From Candidatus Parabeggiatoa sp. nov. 3 (GTDB lineage Bacteria; Pseudomonadota; Gammaproteobacteria; Beggiatoales; Beggiatoaceae): a stretch of DNA of 64,000 nucleotides. Under the pieces are notes generated by a model. The model searched no databases and was not told the DNA's origin. It saw only the letters and a list, made by a program, of their open reading frames with translations. Within the stretch, counting starts at the first letter, position 1. Each line of letters opens with the position of its first letter. The stretch covers positions 27-64,026 of the forward strand of contig QNEL01000001.1 of NCBI GenBank assembly GCA_003645185.1. The letters run 5' to 3'. A program made the position numbers and the translations under genes. This document shows, piece by piece, positions 50,533 through 61,134 of the stretch.

Positions 50533-52374
50533 CTATCTCAAAACCCGCCAAACTTCCTCTACTTGATCCTCAAATGTTAAGGCGGCCCAGTCGGAACAAG
50601 ACCATAAAATGCCTCTTGCCAAATGCCGTTGGCGCAAAGCTTGTCCACAATAATTTGATAACTGACTGACTTGGCCCAAGTTATCTCCCTTTAGTACTTG
50701 CATCTGCATAAAATCATCTAATTCTAAAACGGCTACACGCCCATCGGGCCGTTGATAAATATGACCCCGTAATTGTTCCCGATACCAATTAAATGAAATC
50801 GGTCGTTCCCATCCGTAAAGTGCTTCCATTACTGTCGTTTGTTCCGATAAGGGTTGCCACTCGAAGGGTATCGGCCAATCCCAAGGGGGCCGTTTGTCTG
50901 AATCATTTGACTTATCCCCTTCACAATTATGTACGACACTTTGTTGACGACAAACAATGGCGCGAATGGATTCTGGTAAGCTGGCCGACAGATAAGCTAA
51001 ACGATTCCAATATTGATGGGCTTGCGCTGGGCGGGGGCGTATTTCCCATAAACGGGCTAAGTTATAAAGAATCGCTGGGGGTGCTTTTGAGTCATTTGCC
51101 AATCGAACCAGTCGTGTTACGGCACGAGGCCAAAGATCAAGATCAGCTTCGCTTTGTTCATACAAGGCTAAGGCTTGTAATCCTTGAATTTCCAGATTAT
51201 TGGGTGCCCTCACTTCTTCAAGTACGCCACGCGCTTGATGCGGTTTGCCAAGGTATAAATAACTCACTGCTAGATTGACTTTTGCGGGCACGTAACCGTG
51301 ATCTGCCTCAATCGCTTTTTTAAAATAGATCACCGCTTCTTTCAAAAAACCTTCACCTTGCCGGGAAGCGGAAGCTTGTTTAAGCGTTCTATATGCCTTT
51401 TTACCCATCACAAGGGGGGCGGCTAAGCTTTCGACATCCAGTAATAGGGGCATCCAATAAAAATCAGCACGCTCGCCCTCCATTTCCTGACGCGCACGTT
51501 GCAAATAGCAAAATCCTCTATTATTCAAGACTTCCCGCGCCGGAAAAACATGCTGAAATTCTCGCAAAAAATATTCGCCATCGTCACACCGATCAAAATG
51601 ACTCAGCCGTACCCCAAAATCAAAAAAGATTAATTTTTCTGCCAGTTCTTGCAAATAGTCATGCAATACCGCTACACGCTTTTCAACGGTTGGATAGACT
51701 GAATGTCTCGGCGCTTTAACTTGTTTAACCCAATCCTTTAAAAAGTTATCCTGATTGGCTCCTTTGCCTAGCAACAAATTAACCCGATAACCTGCCATAG
51801 CGGCATAAGCATAGCCTTCTCCATCCGCTGCCAATTCGCGCCGCATACGTTCTCGCGTAAACAATTTGCTACGATAACAGCCTCTACCGGAAAACTGGCA
51901 ATCGATATCAAGATGCCAATAATCATCTTTCGCTAAATGCCCTAATTCATGGCCCAAGATAAAAGCTAAACAGGCCTCTTGTGCTGCCTTTGAAGCTGTT
52001 TTGACGTGGCAGATATCGATAGCAGATTGCCAAATAATGATATAACCATCCCGTAATGCCCTCGCTAAAGGATTTCTACCTTTATTCTTCAGAACCTTCA
52101 ATTTAGGATTCAGGAATTTCCGGTTTTTATCGGCAACCTGTTTGATTCGCTCAAAAATCTCATGAGCTTGTGCAACCTCGCTATCTTCTGAGGCTGTGCC
52201 ATACCAGTCAATATAGTAATCCACATAATCGCGTGGATTGGCCGCAAAACTGGGCACTGTGTAAACCATGCCCAGTATGCTCAGGAACAATAAACAGTTT
52301 CCCGATATCGCTCGAAACCGGTTTTTAAGGCCGTTAAGCGTTCGGGGATTTTTGTGATGTTTAAATGGGTTCAT
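50533..52374 (-). CDS. Exported M48-like zinc metallopeptidase with TPR repeats
   Basis: FILGHELGH and ELAADGEG; hydrophobic signal ending PSFAA; TPR motifs; start probably MNPFK. Confidence 0.8.
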   Translation of the reverse strand: MNPFKHHKNPRTLNGLKNRFRAISGNCLLFLSILGMVYTVPSFAANPRDYVDYYIDWYGTASEDSEVAQAHEIFERIKQVADKNRKFLNPKLKVLKNKGRNPLARALRDGYIIIWQSAIDICHVKTASKAAQEACLAFILGHELGHLAKDDYWHLDIDCQFSGRGCYRSKLFTRERMRRELAADGEGYAYAAMAGYRVNLLLGKGANQDNFLKDWVKQVKAPRHSVYPTVEKRVAVLHDYLQELAEKLIFFDFGVRLSHFDRCDDGEYFLREFQHVFPAREVLNNRGFCYLQRARQEMEGERADFYWMPLLLDVESLAAPLVMGKKAYRTLKQASASRQGEGFLKEAVIYFKKAIEADHGYVPAKVNLAVSYLYLGKPHQARGVLEEVRAPNNLEIQGLQALALYEQSEADLDLWPRAVTRLVRLANDSKAPPAILYNLARLWEIRPRPAQAHQYWNRLAYLSASLPESIRAIVCRQQSVVHNCEGDKSNDSDKRPPWDWPIPFEWQPLSEQTTVMEALYGWERPISFNWYREQLRGHIYQRPDGRVAVLELDDFMQMQVLKGDNLGQVSQLSNYCGQALRQRHLARGILWSCSDWAALTFEDQVEEVWRVLR

Positions 52375-52450
52375 TTTTTTACACCGAAAGTACAACGGAT
52401 GCGGGAATGGTGGGCAACAAAAACCCGTTACCCACCCTACAATTTAAAAC

Positions 52451-53389
52451 TCAAAACTCTGCAAGCCCACTCATCGCCATTTCTAAATGATCACTTAACT
52501 CATAAGCCATACCTCGATAGCTAGGCTGTTTTTTTAAGGCCATCAACACCGGTTGAATACGCTTTAAAGTTTCTAACACGGTTTCCGTCATCTCTTCTGA
52601 TGCGCGTTTTGAAAAACGCGCCTGTAATGTTTCACCAATAGCTTGTTGATCAGCCCAAAAATCGCTGGAAACCTTATCAGGTGTTTGTGCCATTGTCCAG
52701 AGTAAGACAAACCAACGCCCTAGATCATATTCAGCCGCCCAATCAGTTTCTTTCCAAGGGCTTATGTCAGCACTTGTCTGACTCAGCATGGCATACCCTG
52801 TTTCGACTCCGGCCTGAAACGCTTGGGCCGCTTTTGAAGGCTCAACCTCATTAAAACCCAAATCCGTTGTTTCCAATGGAAAATTTTCTAGTACCCGATT
52901 AAAACCCTCATGATTATCAGTGATAATAGCCACATAACTGGCCTCAATCGGATTTTCTGCCACAGGTTGCATTGGCCACATTTTCAGTGCCACGATAACT
53001 AATAAAACGGCCGTCGCGGCAACGGGTACCCCGAATTTTAAATTATCTAAAAAAAATGATAACCCATTCAAGCTATTTTGCCACCTTTTCCAAAAAAACG
53101 TTTTTTTTTAAAACGGCAAGCGTTTCTGAGAAGTGCCAAGAGATTTCAGATAAGAAGCTGTATCCAACCAATGATGATAGCATTGTGAGCAACTGTTCAA
53201 ATGTGCCAGCAAGGTTTGACGCGGTTCACCTTTCAATTCGCCATTGACAAAAGCCGCCAGTTGCTCATCAGACAAACAAGCTTCCAGAGTCGATTGTTGA
53301 TGAGCGGTTATAGCAATCAAGGCAATGGCACGATCCGAGTTGAGAACACCTTTTAAATCATTCATTTCATATGTATTTTTAGTAGCCAT
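52451..53389 (-). pseudogene. zf-HC2 anti-sigma factor (zinc finger, TM, extracytoplasmic domain) split by one in-frame TAA at 53108-53110
   Basis: AAGGAG and ATG at 53389; HLNSCSQC; both ORFs share a frame; TM VPVAATAVLLVIVAL. Confidence 0.8.
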
Positions 53390-53587
53390 TTTGTTCTCCT
53401 TATAGTTTGTAGGGTGGGTAACGTGTTTTTGTTGCCCACCATTTCCCTCTGTGATGCTTTTTGCAAAATAAATTTTGCACTCCACACACCGCAAAATAAA
53501 TTTTGCACTCCACACACCGCAAAATAAATTTGGAACGAAAAGAGCAAAGAGAGCTAATTGATAATGACCCTTTTTTTGGGAATGCGC

Positions 53588-54580
53588 CTATTGACTGTAT
53601 TCAAATCCTTCAAATTCGCGATCTAGCGTTTTACGCAAACGCGCCAATATTTTTTTAATACGCTTATCCACTTGACTGCCTGTCAATTCAAGTAATGTGC
53701 CAATTTTCTTGGCTGTGAAACCACTTTGATAACGCAGTTTTAATAATAAACACTCTTCCTCTGTTAGACGAATAAACTGAATGATTTCTGCCAACCATTG
53801 ATTAATCTCTAAACGATTCTCCTCATGTTGTTCAGTCTTAAGTGATTGACTTAACACTTCCAATAAAGCTTCTTCATTCCCAGCTTGAATTTGATTTTCT
53901 AGCGAAGCGCATGGATCGGCATAATTTTCGCCTTCCCCCTCATCCAGCGATAAGGTTTTATAGGCTTCTTTGATGGGACAATTTGCCAGCACGGCCTCGA
54001 CAACTTCTTGAATTTTCCAACGTTCCCGCGTCGGTTCACGGGTAACCAATATTTCAATTGCCTCGTATTTACCATACCTGTCTTTCACCAACAAGTCATA
54101 AGCAAAGTGATAAAGACTATCCGTTTGCCGACTCAACCAGCGATTAGGGCGCTGTTTACCGAATTGCTTATACCAAAAATCGGTCAACAAACGAGAAGTC
54201 ACGGTTGTCAAAAACGCCGTAAAATGCTCACCTTTAAAGGCCCTGACTTTTTTCCAATCATCGGCTTCAAGCGCATCTAAAACATATTGAGAGGCCTCAA
54301 GTTGCCTATTTTGATCATCAGGGAATCGCCGTCTAGTCAGCGCATCAATATGATTCCAGTGTTCAAGCACTTTGTTTTTTGGACTGTCATCCATCCTATC
54401 AACGGTAGAAGCACTTACCCTCTGTGATGGAAAAAACATAGGTTCATAACCATAGTCAAGCTGATTAGCAATAGCTAAAGAGGCTGGGGAAGTCACTTCA
54501 TCAGATTGAGGTAAAAGATGAGTTTTCGCTAAATCCTTTACCCGATCTAATTGAGATAATAATTGTAAGAGGTACATCAT
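53588..54580 (-). CDS. ECF-type sigma-70 factor with an insert between regions 2 and 4
   Basis: Region 2 FTAFLTTVTSRLLTDFW; region 4 LTEEECLLLKLRY..AKKIGTLL..RIKKILARLR; adjacent anti-sigma. Confidence 0.8.
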   Translation of the reverse strand: MMYLLQLLSQLDRVKDLAKTHLLPQSDEVTSPASLAIANQLDYGYEPMFFPSQRVSASTVDRMDDSPKNKVLEHWNHIDALTRRRFPDDQNRQLEASQYVLDALEADDWKKVRAFKGEHFTAFLTTVTSRLLTDFWYKQFGKQRPNRWLSRQTDSLYHFAYDLLVKDRYGKYEAIEILVTREPTRERWKIQEVVEAVLANCPIKEAYKTLSLDEGEGENYADPCASLENQIQAGNEEALLEVLSQSLKTEQHEENRLEINQWLAEIIQFIRLTEEECLLLKLRYQSGFTAKKIGTLLELTGSQVDKRIKKILARLRKTLDREFEGFEYSQ

Positions 54581-54634
54581 GCTTTTACTCTTCTTTTTGA
54601 AAATAACAGTTGTAATTATAAATTAATTTGATCA

Positions 54635-54659
54635 AGACGGACAAAGTGGGGTATTTTGC
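54635..54659 (-). promoter_or_regulatory. Candidate ECF promoter upstream of the sigma gene
   Basis: GCAAA-ATACCCCACT-TTGTCCGTCT, about 55 nt upstream of the start. Confidence 0.65.
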
Positions 54660-54762
54660 TAAAATGAAAAAGAAATAAACGCGCTTTGACGCTAAAGAGG
54701 CCTTAAAAAATCTGCGTTCTTTTGCGTCTCTTGCGTCTCTTGCGTCTTTTGCGTCTCTTGCG

Positions 54763-57192
54763 TTATTGTTTTTTGATGGCACGAAGGCAATTTGAAGGCT
54801 TTGTCAATAATTGAGTAGGCAAATGAACACTTAAATCAAGAGGCGAATCGGGGAAGAGATTGGGGCCTGTGACGACAAAACGACTGAGATTCGCGCCTGA
54901 ACGTTCTGCACACCGTGTTGGCAATAGGGCTGAGGCATCAAAATAATCAAACGTCAAATGTGGGGTTACTGTCAATTCACTGTCATTGAGAAACACGCTA
55001 CCATTTAAACCGAGTTCTGAAGACACATCGATCTGACTGTCGCCGAAGACTTGAATCTGATCGGCATGAATATCAATCAGGCCACCATGCCCCCTTTTTG
55101 CGTTGGCAAGCAAGAGGCTGTTGTCAAGCGTTAAAGTATCAAGATTTTTGAGAGTAATATTACCCCCATCGCCACTGCCACCTTGTACGCGGGTGATGAT
55201 TTCACATTCTCGCAATAATAAATTGGGCATCGTCAGATTGATATTGCCACCCGTTGCGTTGTTTGCTTGGGTGCTAATTTGGCCTTCGTTGCTTAAGTGT
55301 ATTGTATTCGCTTGTACTGAAATATTACCCGCATTGCCCGCATTAGAAGCCGTACTTTCCGATTGACTCGTAATACCATAACCAAATTCATTCACCAGTT
55401 GTCCTGAAACGCTGAGTTCTTCAGTAACTCGGAGGGTGATGTCATTACCTTCTCCAGGCCCAAAAGTGGCATTGCTAATCGCAGCGCCATCTATTACTGC
55501 TATTTTGTTAGCCTTGATATCAATACGCCCGGCCTCACCTGCATTAGCTTGCTCGCTGACCGAAACGGCAAAGAGACCACTATTTTCTCCCGTTTCCGCA
55601 AACCCTGAAAGCGTCATGCCTTCAGTCGCTTTAATGACGATAGCCCCCCCTTTTCCAACACCGAATGTGGCACTGGCAATAACGCCCCCTTCAGTCAAGT
55701 TGATTTGCCCAGCGTCTATATTAATATGCCCGGCATCACCAGCATGATCAGCTTCGTTTTGAGCATTGACAAAAATACCACTATTAAAACCATTATAAAC
55801 GCCTGTCAGAGTCAAAGTATCAGTCACTTTGATAATGATAGTGCCTCCTTTTCCCGCACCGAATGTCGCACTGCCGATTTGTGCCCCATCCGACACGAGG
55901 AGTTGGCGAGTTTCTATATCAATATTGCCTGCGTCACCTGCATTGGGTTCCATGCTAAGCGAATCAGTCGCAAAACCACTGCTATAACCTACCTCTGCTA
56001 TCCCAGAAGCGGTCAACGTCTCACTCGCCTTGATGCTAATGCTACCCCCTTTTCCAGGCCCGAATGTGGCACTGCCAATTTGTGCCCCGCCCATCAGTGT
56101 TATCTTGCCAGCGGTTATGTCAATACTGCCCCCATCACCCGCATTGGTTTCCGTGCTTATCGAATGACTGTTAATGGTAGAAACCCGCCCTGTTTGATTC
56201 ACCTCTGAAAGTGTTAAGCTATCATTCACAAATAGCGTGATGGCACCCCCTTGTCCCACGCCTAAGCTATTAGTTGAAATCGCTGTGCCTGCTCTTAACA
56301 CTAACTCATCGACCTCAATGTTGATTATACCCCCATTTTGATCACCTAATGTTCTGCCATTTATCTGACTATTGATTAATTCAAAGCGTCCAGCCCGGAT
56401 AAAAATCTCGCCACCCCCTTCGCCACTAGTTGAAATTTCGGCATTGTTGACTCTGATGGGGCCACCTTTATGAACAGTCCTGTTGAATCCTGAATCGGTG
56501 GGCATGACTTCACCGCGTGAAGCGACACTGGCAAGGTTGATACGTCCAAACTGAGCAGAAAGGCCTGAACTGAATGTGCGCCCACCTTCATCATCATAAA
56601 TGGGTTCGGTACTATTCAGACGTAAATCGCCACCGATGAGTGATAAGGTTTGGCCTTCTGAAACCGATAGCGTACTCTCTTGAAGCGTGATAGGGGTAGG
56701 TGTGTCCGTTAAAAAACCAAACGCGGAAACGGGAGCGACAGTCAAAAGACTGTTACTGGGTTGGCGGGCATCAAAACGTCCATGCTCTCCTAATCGGAGA
56801 TAGTCGGCTGTGCTGGCATGAAAAGCACCTTGTACTTCTAATTGGGCATTTTCACCAAATAGAATACCATTAGGATTGAGGAAATAAACATCAGCATTGG
56901 GAATGGTGCTGCGTAAGAGGCCATTAATTGTTGAGGGAAAACCGCCAGTCACACGGCTAATGATGTTATTAACATTATTAGGCCCCGTAAAAGTAGCACT
57001 TTCACCTGTATTAAGATTAAATGATTGAAAACTATGGAATAAATTACCACCCCGTTGCTGACCGAAGCTTTCGCTAATGCGATAATCCGGGCCCGACAAG
57101 CTAGTCGCCTCTCCAAGCGTACCATCAGTGATCACTTCAGCCAGTAATGAACAATGAACAATGAACAGTGTTAAAAATGAAAACGTTTTCAT
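54763..57192 (-). CDS. Filamentous haemagglutinin N-terminal (TPS) domain beta-helical exoprotein
   Basis: Signal peptide; NLFHSFQSFN, NIISRVTGG, NPNGILFG; ~70-aa GxGGxIxI repeats; C-terminal C..SRFVVTG. Confidence 0.9.
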   Translation of the reverse strand: MKTFSFLTLFIVHCSLLAEVITDGTLGEATSLSGPDYRISESFGQQRGGNLFHSFQSFNLNTGESATFTGPNNVNNIISRVTGGFPSTINGLLRSTIPNADVYFLNPNGILFGENAQLEVQGAFHASTADYLRLGEHGRFDARQPSNSLLTVAPVSAFGFLTDTPTPITLQESTLSVSEGQTLSLIGGDLRLNSTEPIYDDEGGRTFSSGLSAQFGRINLASVASRGEVMPTDSGFNRTVHKGGPIRVNNAEISTSGEGGGEIFIRAGRFELINSQINGRTLGDQNGGIINIEVDELVLRAGTAISTNSLGVGQGGAITLFVNDSLTLSEVNQTGRVSTINSHSISTETNAGDGGSIDITAGKITLMGGAQIGSATFGPGKGGSISIKASETLTASGIAEVGYSSGFATDSLSMEPNAGDAGNIDIETRQLLVSDGAQIGSATFGAGKGGTIIIKVTDTLTLTGVYNGFNSGIFVNAQNEADHAGDAGHINIDAGQINLTEGGVIASATFGVGKGGAIVIKATEGMTLSGFAETGENSGLFAVSVSEQANAGEAGRIDIKANKIAVIDGAAISNATFGPGEGNDITLRVTEELSVSGQLVNEFGYGITSQSESTASNAGNAGNISVQANTIHLSNEGQISTQANNATGGNINLTMPNLLLRECEIITRVQGGSGDGGNITLKNLDTLTLDNSLLLANAKRGHGGLIDIHADQIQVFGDSQIDVSSELGLNGSVFLNDSELTVTPHLTFDYFDASALLPTRCAERSGANLSRFVVTGPNLFPDSPLDLSVHLPTQLLTKPSNCLRAIKKQ

Positions 57193-57554
57193 GACATTTC
57201 TTAGGATAATATTTTTTGTGGATTTTTGTATGAATTGTACTTGAAAAAGCTGAAAATTTGAAGGGGTTAAGTTAGCTTAGCTTACCACCTATCCGTTTTC
57301 AAATTCGAGGGCAGAAAACTTCGAGGTTCAATAAGCATCGTATTTGGTTGAGCAAATACCTGAAAAGGGTTCGAGCAATTGTAAGTCGATAGAGGGCAAA
57401 TTTCAAAATACCAAGCTTTTTAGGGTGTAATTAAAAGTGATACTTGTAGGGTGGGTAGAGCGGAGCGAACGCTAATAAAGCCCCTTGGCTTTGGGGCTTT
57501 TTAAAAATCGTAATGAAATTGTAATGCTTACACTTCATTTACCTATCCTATGCT

Positions 57555-59552
57555 TTACTGACAATTAGGCCATGCAATCCCTTCGGCATCATTGTAATCA
57601 GTAGCTATTTCTTGTTCAGCAATGATTTGACAATTTGTCACGTCTAGCGCACCAAGAGGTAAACTCGTTCTATTGTGAAGACCAAATAATAAGCTATCAT
57701 CAGGCAAGGTGTCCAAAGCCTCTATTTCTAGTGACTGAGTTAGTTCTTGGCAAACCGTTGTAACTGTATTTCCGTCGTAAGCCAATAACCTAACACCTGC
57801 ATCCGAGTGCGTCTCCAAATTCTCTACGCCAAAGAGTACCGTTCCCGCTGTATTCCACGTTAAGTCCTCAACTTCACCAAGATATGGGACTTCCAAATTC
57901 GCTTGCCCGGTGGTGGTGTTAATGGTGACAAGTCCATCACCAGTTGCCCAGCCCCATAACGTACCATCAGGATGGAATGATAAACCATCAATTTCTTTAA
58001 AACCGGTGGCTCCGATCTCAGTTAGTTGCCCAGTGGTTTTATCTACGCTATAGAGATAACCACGTTTTTTGGTATCTTTTCCAGAAGCCGCAAACAACTT
58101 AGCTGTGTGTGGATGAGTATCAAGCGCTTCGATGTCATGTCCGAAATAGGTGCTTCCCAATGGTTTGACTTCAAAGTCTTCACTGTCAATGCTAAAAAAT
58201 TGAGAGTCATTCAATCCACCATCATGTACGCCATAAACTAAACACGTATTGGTTTGTTGACAGGGGGTTTGATCCATCCAATTAAAACCAGAGTCAGAAT
58301 TGGCATCAAGCCAAGCAATTAGTTCTGTATCAGAAGTTGTTAAGTGGTTGTCGCTTAACCTTAAACCAGTAATCATACTCAGATTCATCAAAGAGAGTGG
58401 GATGTCTCCACACAATTCGTTATTGTTCAAATAGAGAGACTGCAAATTGCTCAAATTTCCCAATGACTCAGGGATAGAACCACTGAGTTGGTTATGGTGA
58501 AGAGCTAGACTCTGTAAATTGTTTAAATTTTCCAACGATTCAGGGATAGAACCGCTCAGTTGATTATAGGATAAAAGGAGTACATGTAAATTACTCAAAT
58601 TGCCCAACGACTCAGGGATAGAACCGCTGAGTTGATGATTACTATGCAGATAAAGAGACGACAGGTTGTTCAAATTACCTAACGACTCAGGGATAGAACC
58701 ACTGAGTTGATTATTGAATAGGATAAGAGATTGCAAATGAGTCAAATTGCCCAATGATTCAGGGATAGAACCACTGAGTTGATTACTGAATAGGATAAGA
58801 GATTGCAAATGACTCAAATTGCCCAATGATTCAGGGATAGAACCGCTTAGTTGGTTAGTTCTCAGATCGAGATTTTTCAAATTGCTCAAATTGCCCAAGG
58901 ATGCAGGTATAGAACCGTTGAGTTGATTATCAAGCAAACCAAGATAATACAAATGGCTTAAATTGCCCAACGACGCAGGTATAGAACCGCTTAGTTGGTT
59001 ACTGCCTAGAGAGAGACGCTGCAAATTCTTCAAATTGCCCAACGATTCAGGTATAAAACCGCTTAATTGGTTACCGTTTAAAAAGAGATGCTGCAAATTG
59101 CTCAAATTGCCCAAAGATTCAGGTATAGAACCGCTTAGTTGATTATCTAGCAGTATGAGTTTCTGTAAATTGTTCAAATTGCTCAAAGACTCAGGAATAG
59201 AACCGCTGAGTTGGTTAGTTTTCAAATTGAGATTTTGCAAACGGCTCAAATTGCCCAACGACTCAGGTATAGAACCGTTGAGTTGGTTCTGGCGCTGATC
59301 AAGCGAAGTAACATGCCCATTGAAACACCCTACACCTTTCCAACTACAAGGTGCATTCGTCACATTCCAGCCAGTGTTATTGATCCAATTAGCACCATCC
59401 GTGCTGATATAAAACTCAACAAGAGCATGACACTCCTCTTCATTAATATCAGTCTGAACAGTACAATCAGTTGCCGCTTGAACGCCTGATAGCCAACTGA
59501 ATGCCGCTATCCCCATTAGAAAATAGCAGGGTTTGTGTGTTTTTATGTTCAT
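57555..59552 (-). CDS. Secreted protein with ~13 plant-type 24-aa LRRs and a C-terminal beta-propeller-like region
   Basis: LxxLxLxxNQLSGSIPESLGN repeats; signal peptide; Cys-containing N-cap. Confidence 0.9.
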   Translation of the reverse strand: MNIKTHKPCYFLMGIAAFSWLSGVQAATDCTVQTDINEEECHALVEFYISTDGANWINNTGWNVTNAPCSWKGVGCFNGHVTSLDQRQNQLNGSIPESLGNLSRLQNLNLKTNQLSGSIPESLSNLNNLQKLILLDNQLSGSIPESLGNLSNLQHLFLNGNQLSGFIPESLGNLKNLQRLSLGSNQLSGSIPASLGNLSHLYYLGLLDNQLNGSIPASLGNLSNLKNLDLRTNQLSGSIPESLGNLSHLQSLILFSNQLSGSIPESLGNLTHLQSLILFNNQLSGSIPESLGNLNNLSSLYLHSNHQLSGSIPESLGNLSNLHVLLLSYNQLSGSIPESLENLNNLQSLALHHNQLSGSIPESLGNLSNLQSLYLNNNELCGDIPLSLMNLSMITGLRLSDNHLTTSDTELIAWLDANSDSGFNWMDQTPCQQTNTCLVYGVHDGGLNDSQFFSIDSEDFEVKPLGSTYFGHDIEALDTHPHTAKLFAASGKDTKKRGYLYSVDKTTGQLTEIGATGFKEIDGLSFHPDGTLWGWATGDGLVTINTTTGQANLEVPYLGEVEDLTWNTAGTVLFGVENLETHSDAGVRLLAYDGNTVTTVCQELTQSLEIEALDTLPDDSLLFGLHNRTSLPLGALDVTNCQIIAEQEIATDYNDAEGIAWPNCQ

Positions 59553-59729
59553 AATTTGATCCTTATTTTGTCTTTTTCAAATTGATCGCAAAATTTACCG
59601 TTTGAAAAAAAATGAGGCCTATTCTCAATTCCATCTGAATCTGCCTATAATCATACAAAATGGTGGGCAAGCGGGCGGCAAGTTAGGAAGCTTTGTTCGA
59701 GTTTCTTGGCACCCGCTTACTCTACAGAA

Positions 59730-60467
59730 CTATGGATCAAGTTTGATTTTGAACATTTTCGCATTACCCCAATTCCCCGGTGAACACCACGATATTGGCG
59801 GTGGAGGAGAACCCCATGACAGCGCGGCGCGTGCCCAAAGTGTCTGCCCATTAACTAAAGCTTGGTGCAGTCTAGGATTCGCCTGTACGATGACACCATA
59901 GTGGTAGGGTGGGGACATCGCAAAATTAGGCCTATCGTGAACATGCACTGCTGAGGTATTCACCGCTTCCCAGCCAGGGTTAGGTTGAGAGGGAGGGTAG
60001 TATACACAAAACTTTACCCATTCAAACGAGCCCATGCTTGCAGGATAAGGCGGCGTACCTCCGTAACCAGAGGTTTTTTTGAGTTTGACCACACACGCCA
60101 ATTCTCGACGCTGCGGGTGATAGCCACAACCGATTAGTTCTTCAAATTGGGTATGTATTGTTGTATTGACTTGGGCTTGTACGGGCTCCCCATTCTTATC
60201 GAAGGTTGGTGCTTTGGCCGGTGGTAGACAAGCGGCAGATGCCTCAGAAATCACATTGGGTTCTATACCTACCTGTAGCGCATTGATCACCTCTTTTCTA
60301 GAAGTAATACTTTTGCAAAGCGCTTCTGGTGCGGGTTTAACGATTTGAGCTTCTGCTGGAGCGGGTTTCACAGGCTTGGCTGTCAGAATCGGGGCAGCCG
60401 CGACGGATGAGATACTGAGTGCCAATGAACTGGCTATGAGTACAGGTAATGTTTTTTGGTTTAACAT
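59730..60467 (-). CDS. Secreted hypothetical protein, Pro/Cys-rich
   Basis: AGGAG SD; signal peptide; EELIGCGYHP..GYGG..GSFEWV..VHVHD..LSWG..WGN. Confidence 0.75.
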   Translation of the reverse strand: MLNQKTLPVLIASSLALSISSVAAAPILTAKPVKPAPAEAQIVKPAPEALCKSITSRKEVINALQVGIEPNVISEASAACLPPAKAPTFDKNGEPVQAQVNTTIHTQFEELIGCGYHPQRRELACVVKLKKTSGYGGTPPYPASMGSFEWVKFCVYYPPSQPNPGWEAVNTSAVHVHDRPNFAMSPPYHYGVIVQANPRLHQALVNGQTLWARAALSWGSPPPPISWCSPGNWGNAKMFKIKLDP

Positions 60468-60530
60468 TGATTGTTCTCCTGAATGTGTGTTGATATATAG
60501 AAAGTGAAAGTAAGTTTTCTTATTAAATTA

Positions 60531-60555
60531 AGACTGACAATTTGCTTAAATTTGC
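60531..60555 (-). promoter_or_regulatory. Candidate ECF promoter upstream of the secreted protein gene
   Basis: GCAAA-TTTAAGCAAA-TTGTCAGTCT, about 64 nt upstream. Confidence 0.65.
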
Positions 60556-60639
60556 CAAAAAAATTTATCAACCGTTTGAAAAAAATGAGGCCTATTCTAT
60601 AGTTAATATAATCTGAATCGGCCTCTAATCACTGTAGCC

Positions 60640-60762
60640 CTAAGAATTAAAAACGGAGATTGAATAATCATGATTGTGAATTTTATTGACACTCAGAAAG
60701 ATCAGTAGCAGTGGCAAAAAAAATCGCTAAAATATGATTAAGTAGATAATAAGCCAGTTCAT
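60640..60762 (-). pseudogene. Small membrane peptide gene copy 1, with an in-frame TAG from offset homopolymer runs
   Basis: GAGG SD; MNWLIIYLIIF-stop-RFFLPLLLIFLSVNKIHNHDYS; paralog of 61135-61272. Confidence 0.5.
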
Positions 60763-60847
60763 GACGGTTGCCTCGCGTGGTTTAAGCGATAGCTGTTCAC
60801 ACTGTTCACCGCGTCAGATACAAGCTTTGTTTATATCTACTTTAAAT

Positions 60848-60872
60848 AGACTGACAAATGGCTCAAATTTGC
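60848..60872 (-). promoter_or_regulatory. Candidate ECF promoter for peptide copy 1; a further copy lies at 60993-61017
   Basis: GCAAA-TTTGAGCCAT-TTGTCAGTCT. Confidence 0.6.
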
Positions 60873-60899
60873 CAAAAAAAATTTTGTCAACCGTTTGAA

Positions 60900-61097
60900 T
60901 AGTACAGCGGATTAGCGAAGTCAATGGATTGACTCAATGCGATCAATAAACTAATCCGTTTAGTCCGTTAATCTGTTGTACTAAATATATATAGACTGAT
61001 AAATGGCTCAAATTTGCCAAAAAATATTTGTCAACGATAGTACAGCGGATTAACGGACTAAACGGATTAGTTTATTCCGTTAATTCGTTGTACTAAT
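60900..61097. mobile_element. Two short hairpin/MITE-like elements TAGTACAGCGGATTA..TTGTACTA
   Basis: Copies at ~60900-60983 and ~61038-61095 with inverted ends. Confidence 0.6.
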
Positions 61098-61134
61098 TAA
61101 GTTATATGCTTAAAAATCGTGTGTGATGTTATTT

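Noticed and set aside
50243-50669. ORFs with QET, RDA or CVS repeats (also 14514-14750 and 54585-54782)
   Set aside because: Products of 9-mer DNA tandem repeats.
53390-53547. N-terminal extension of ORF 53108-53515 and ORF 53362-53547
   Set aside because: Derived from repeat elements; the SD-supported start is at 53389.
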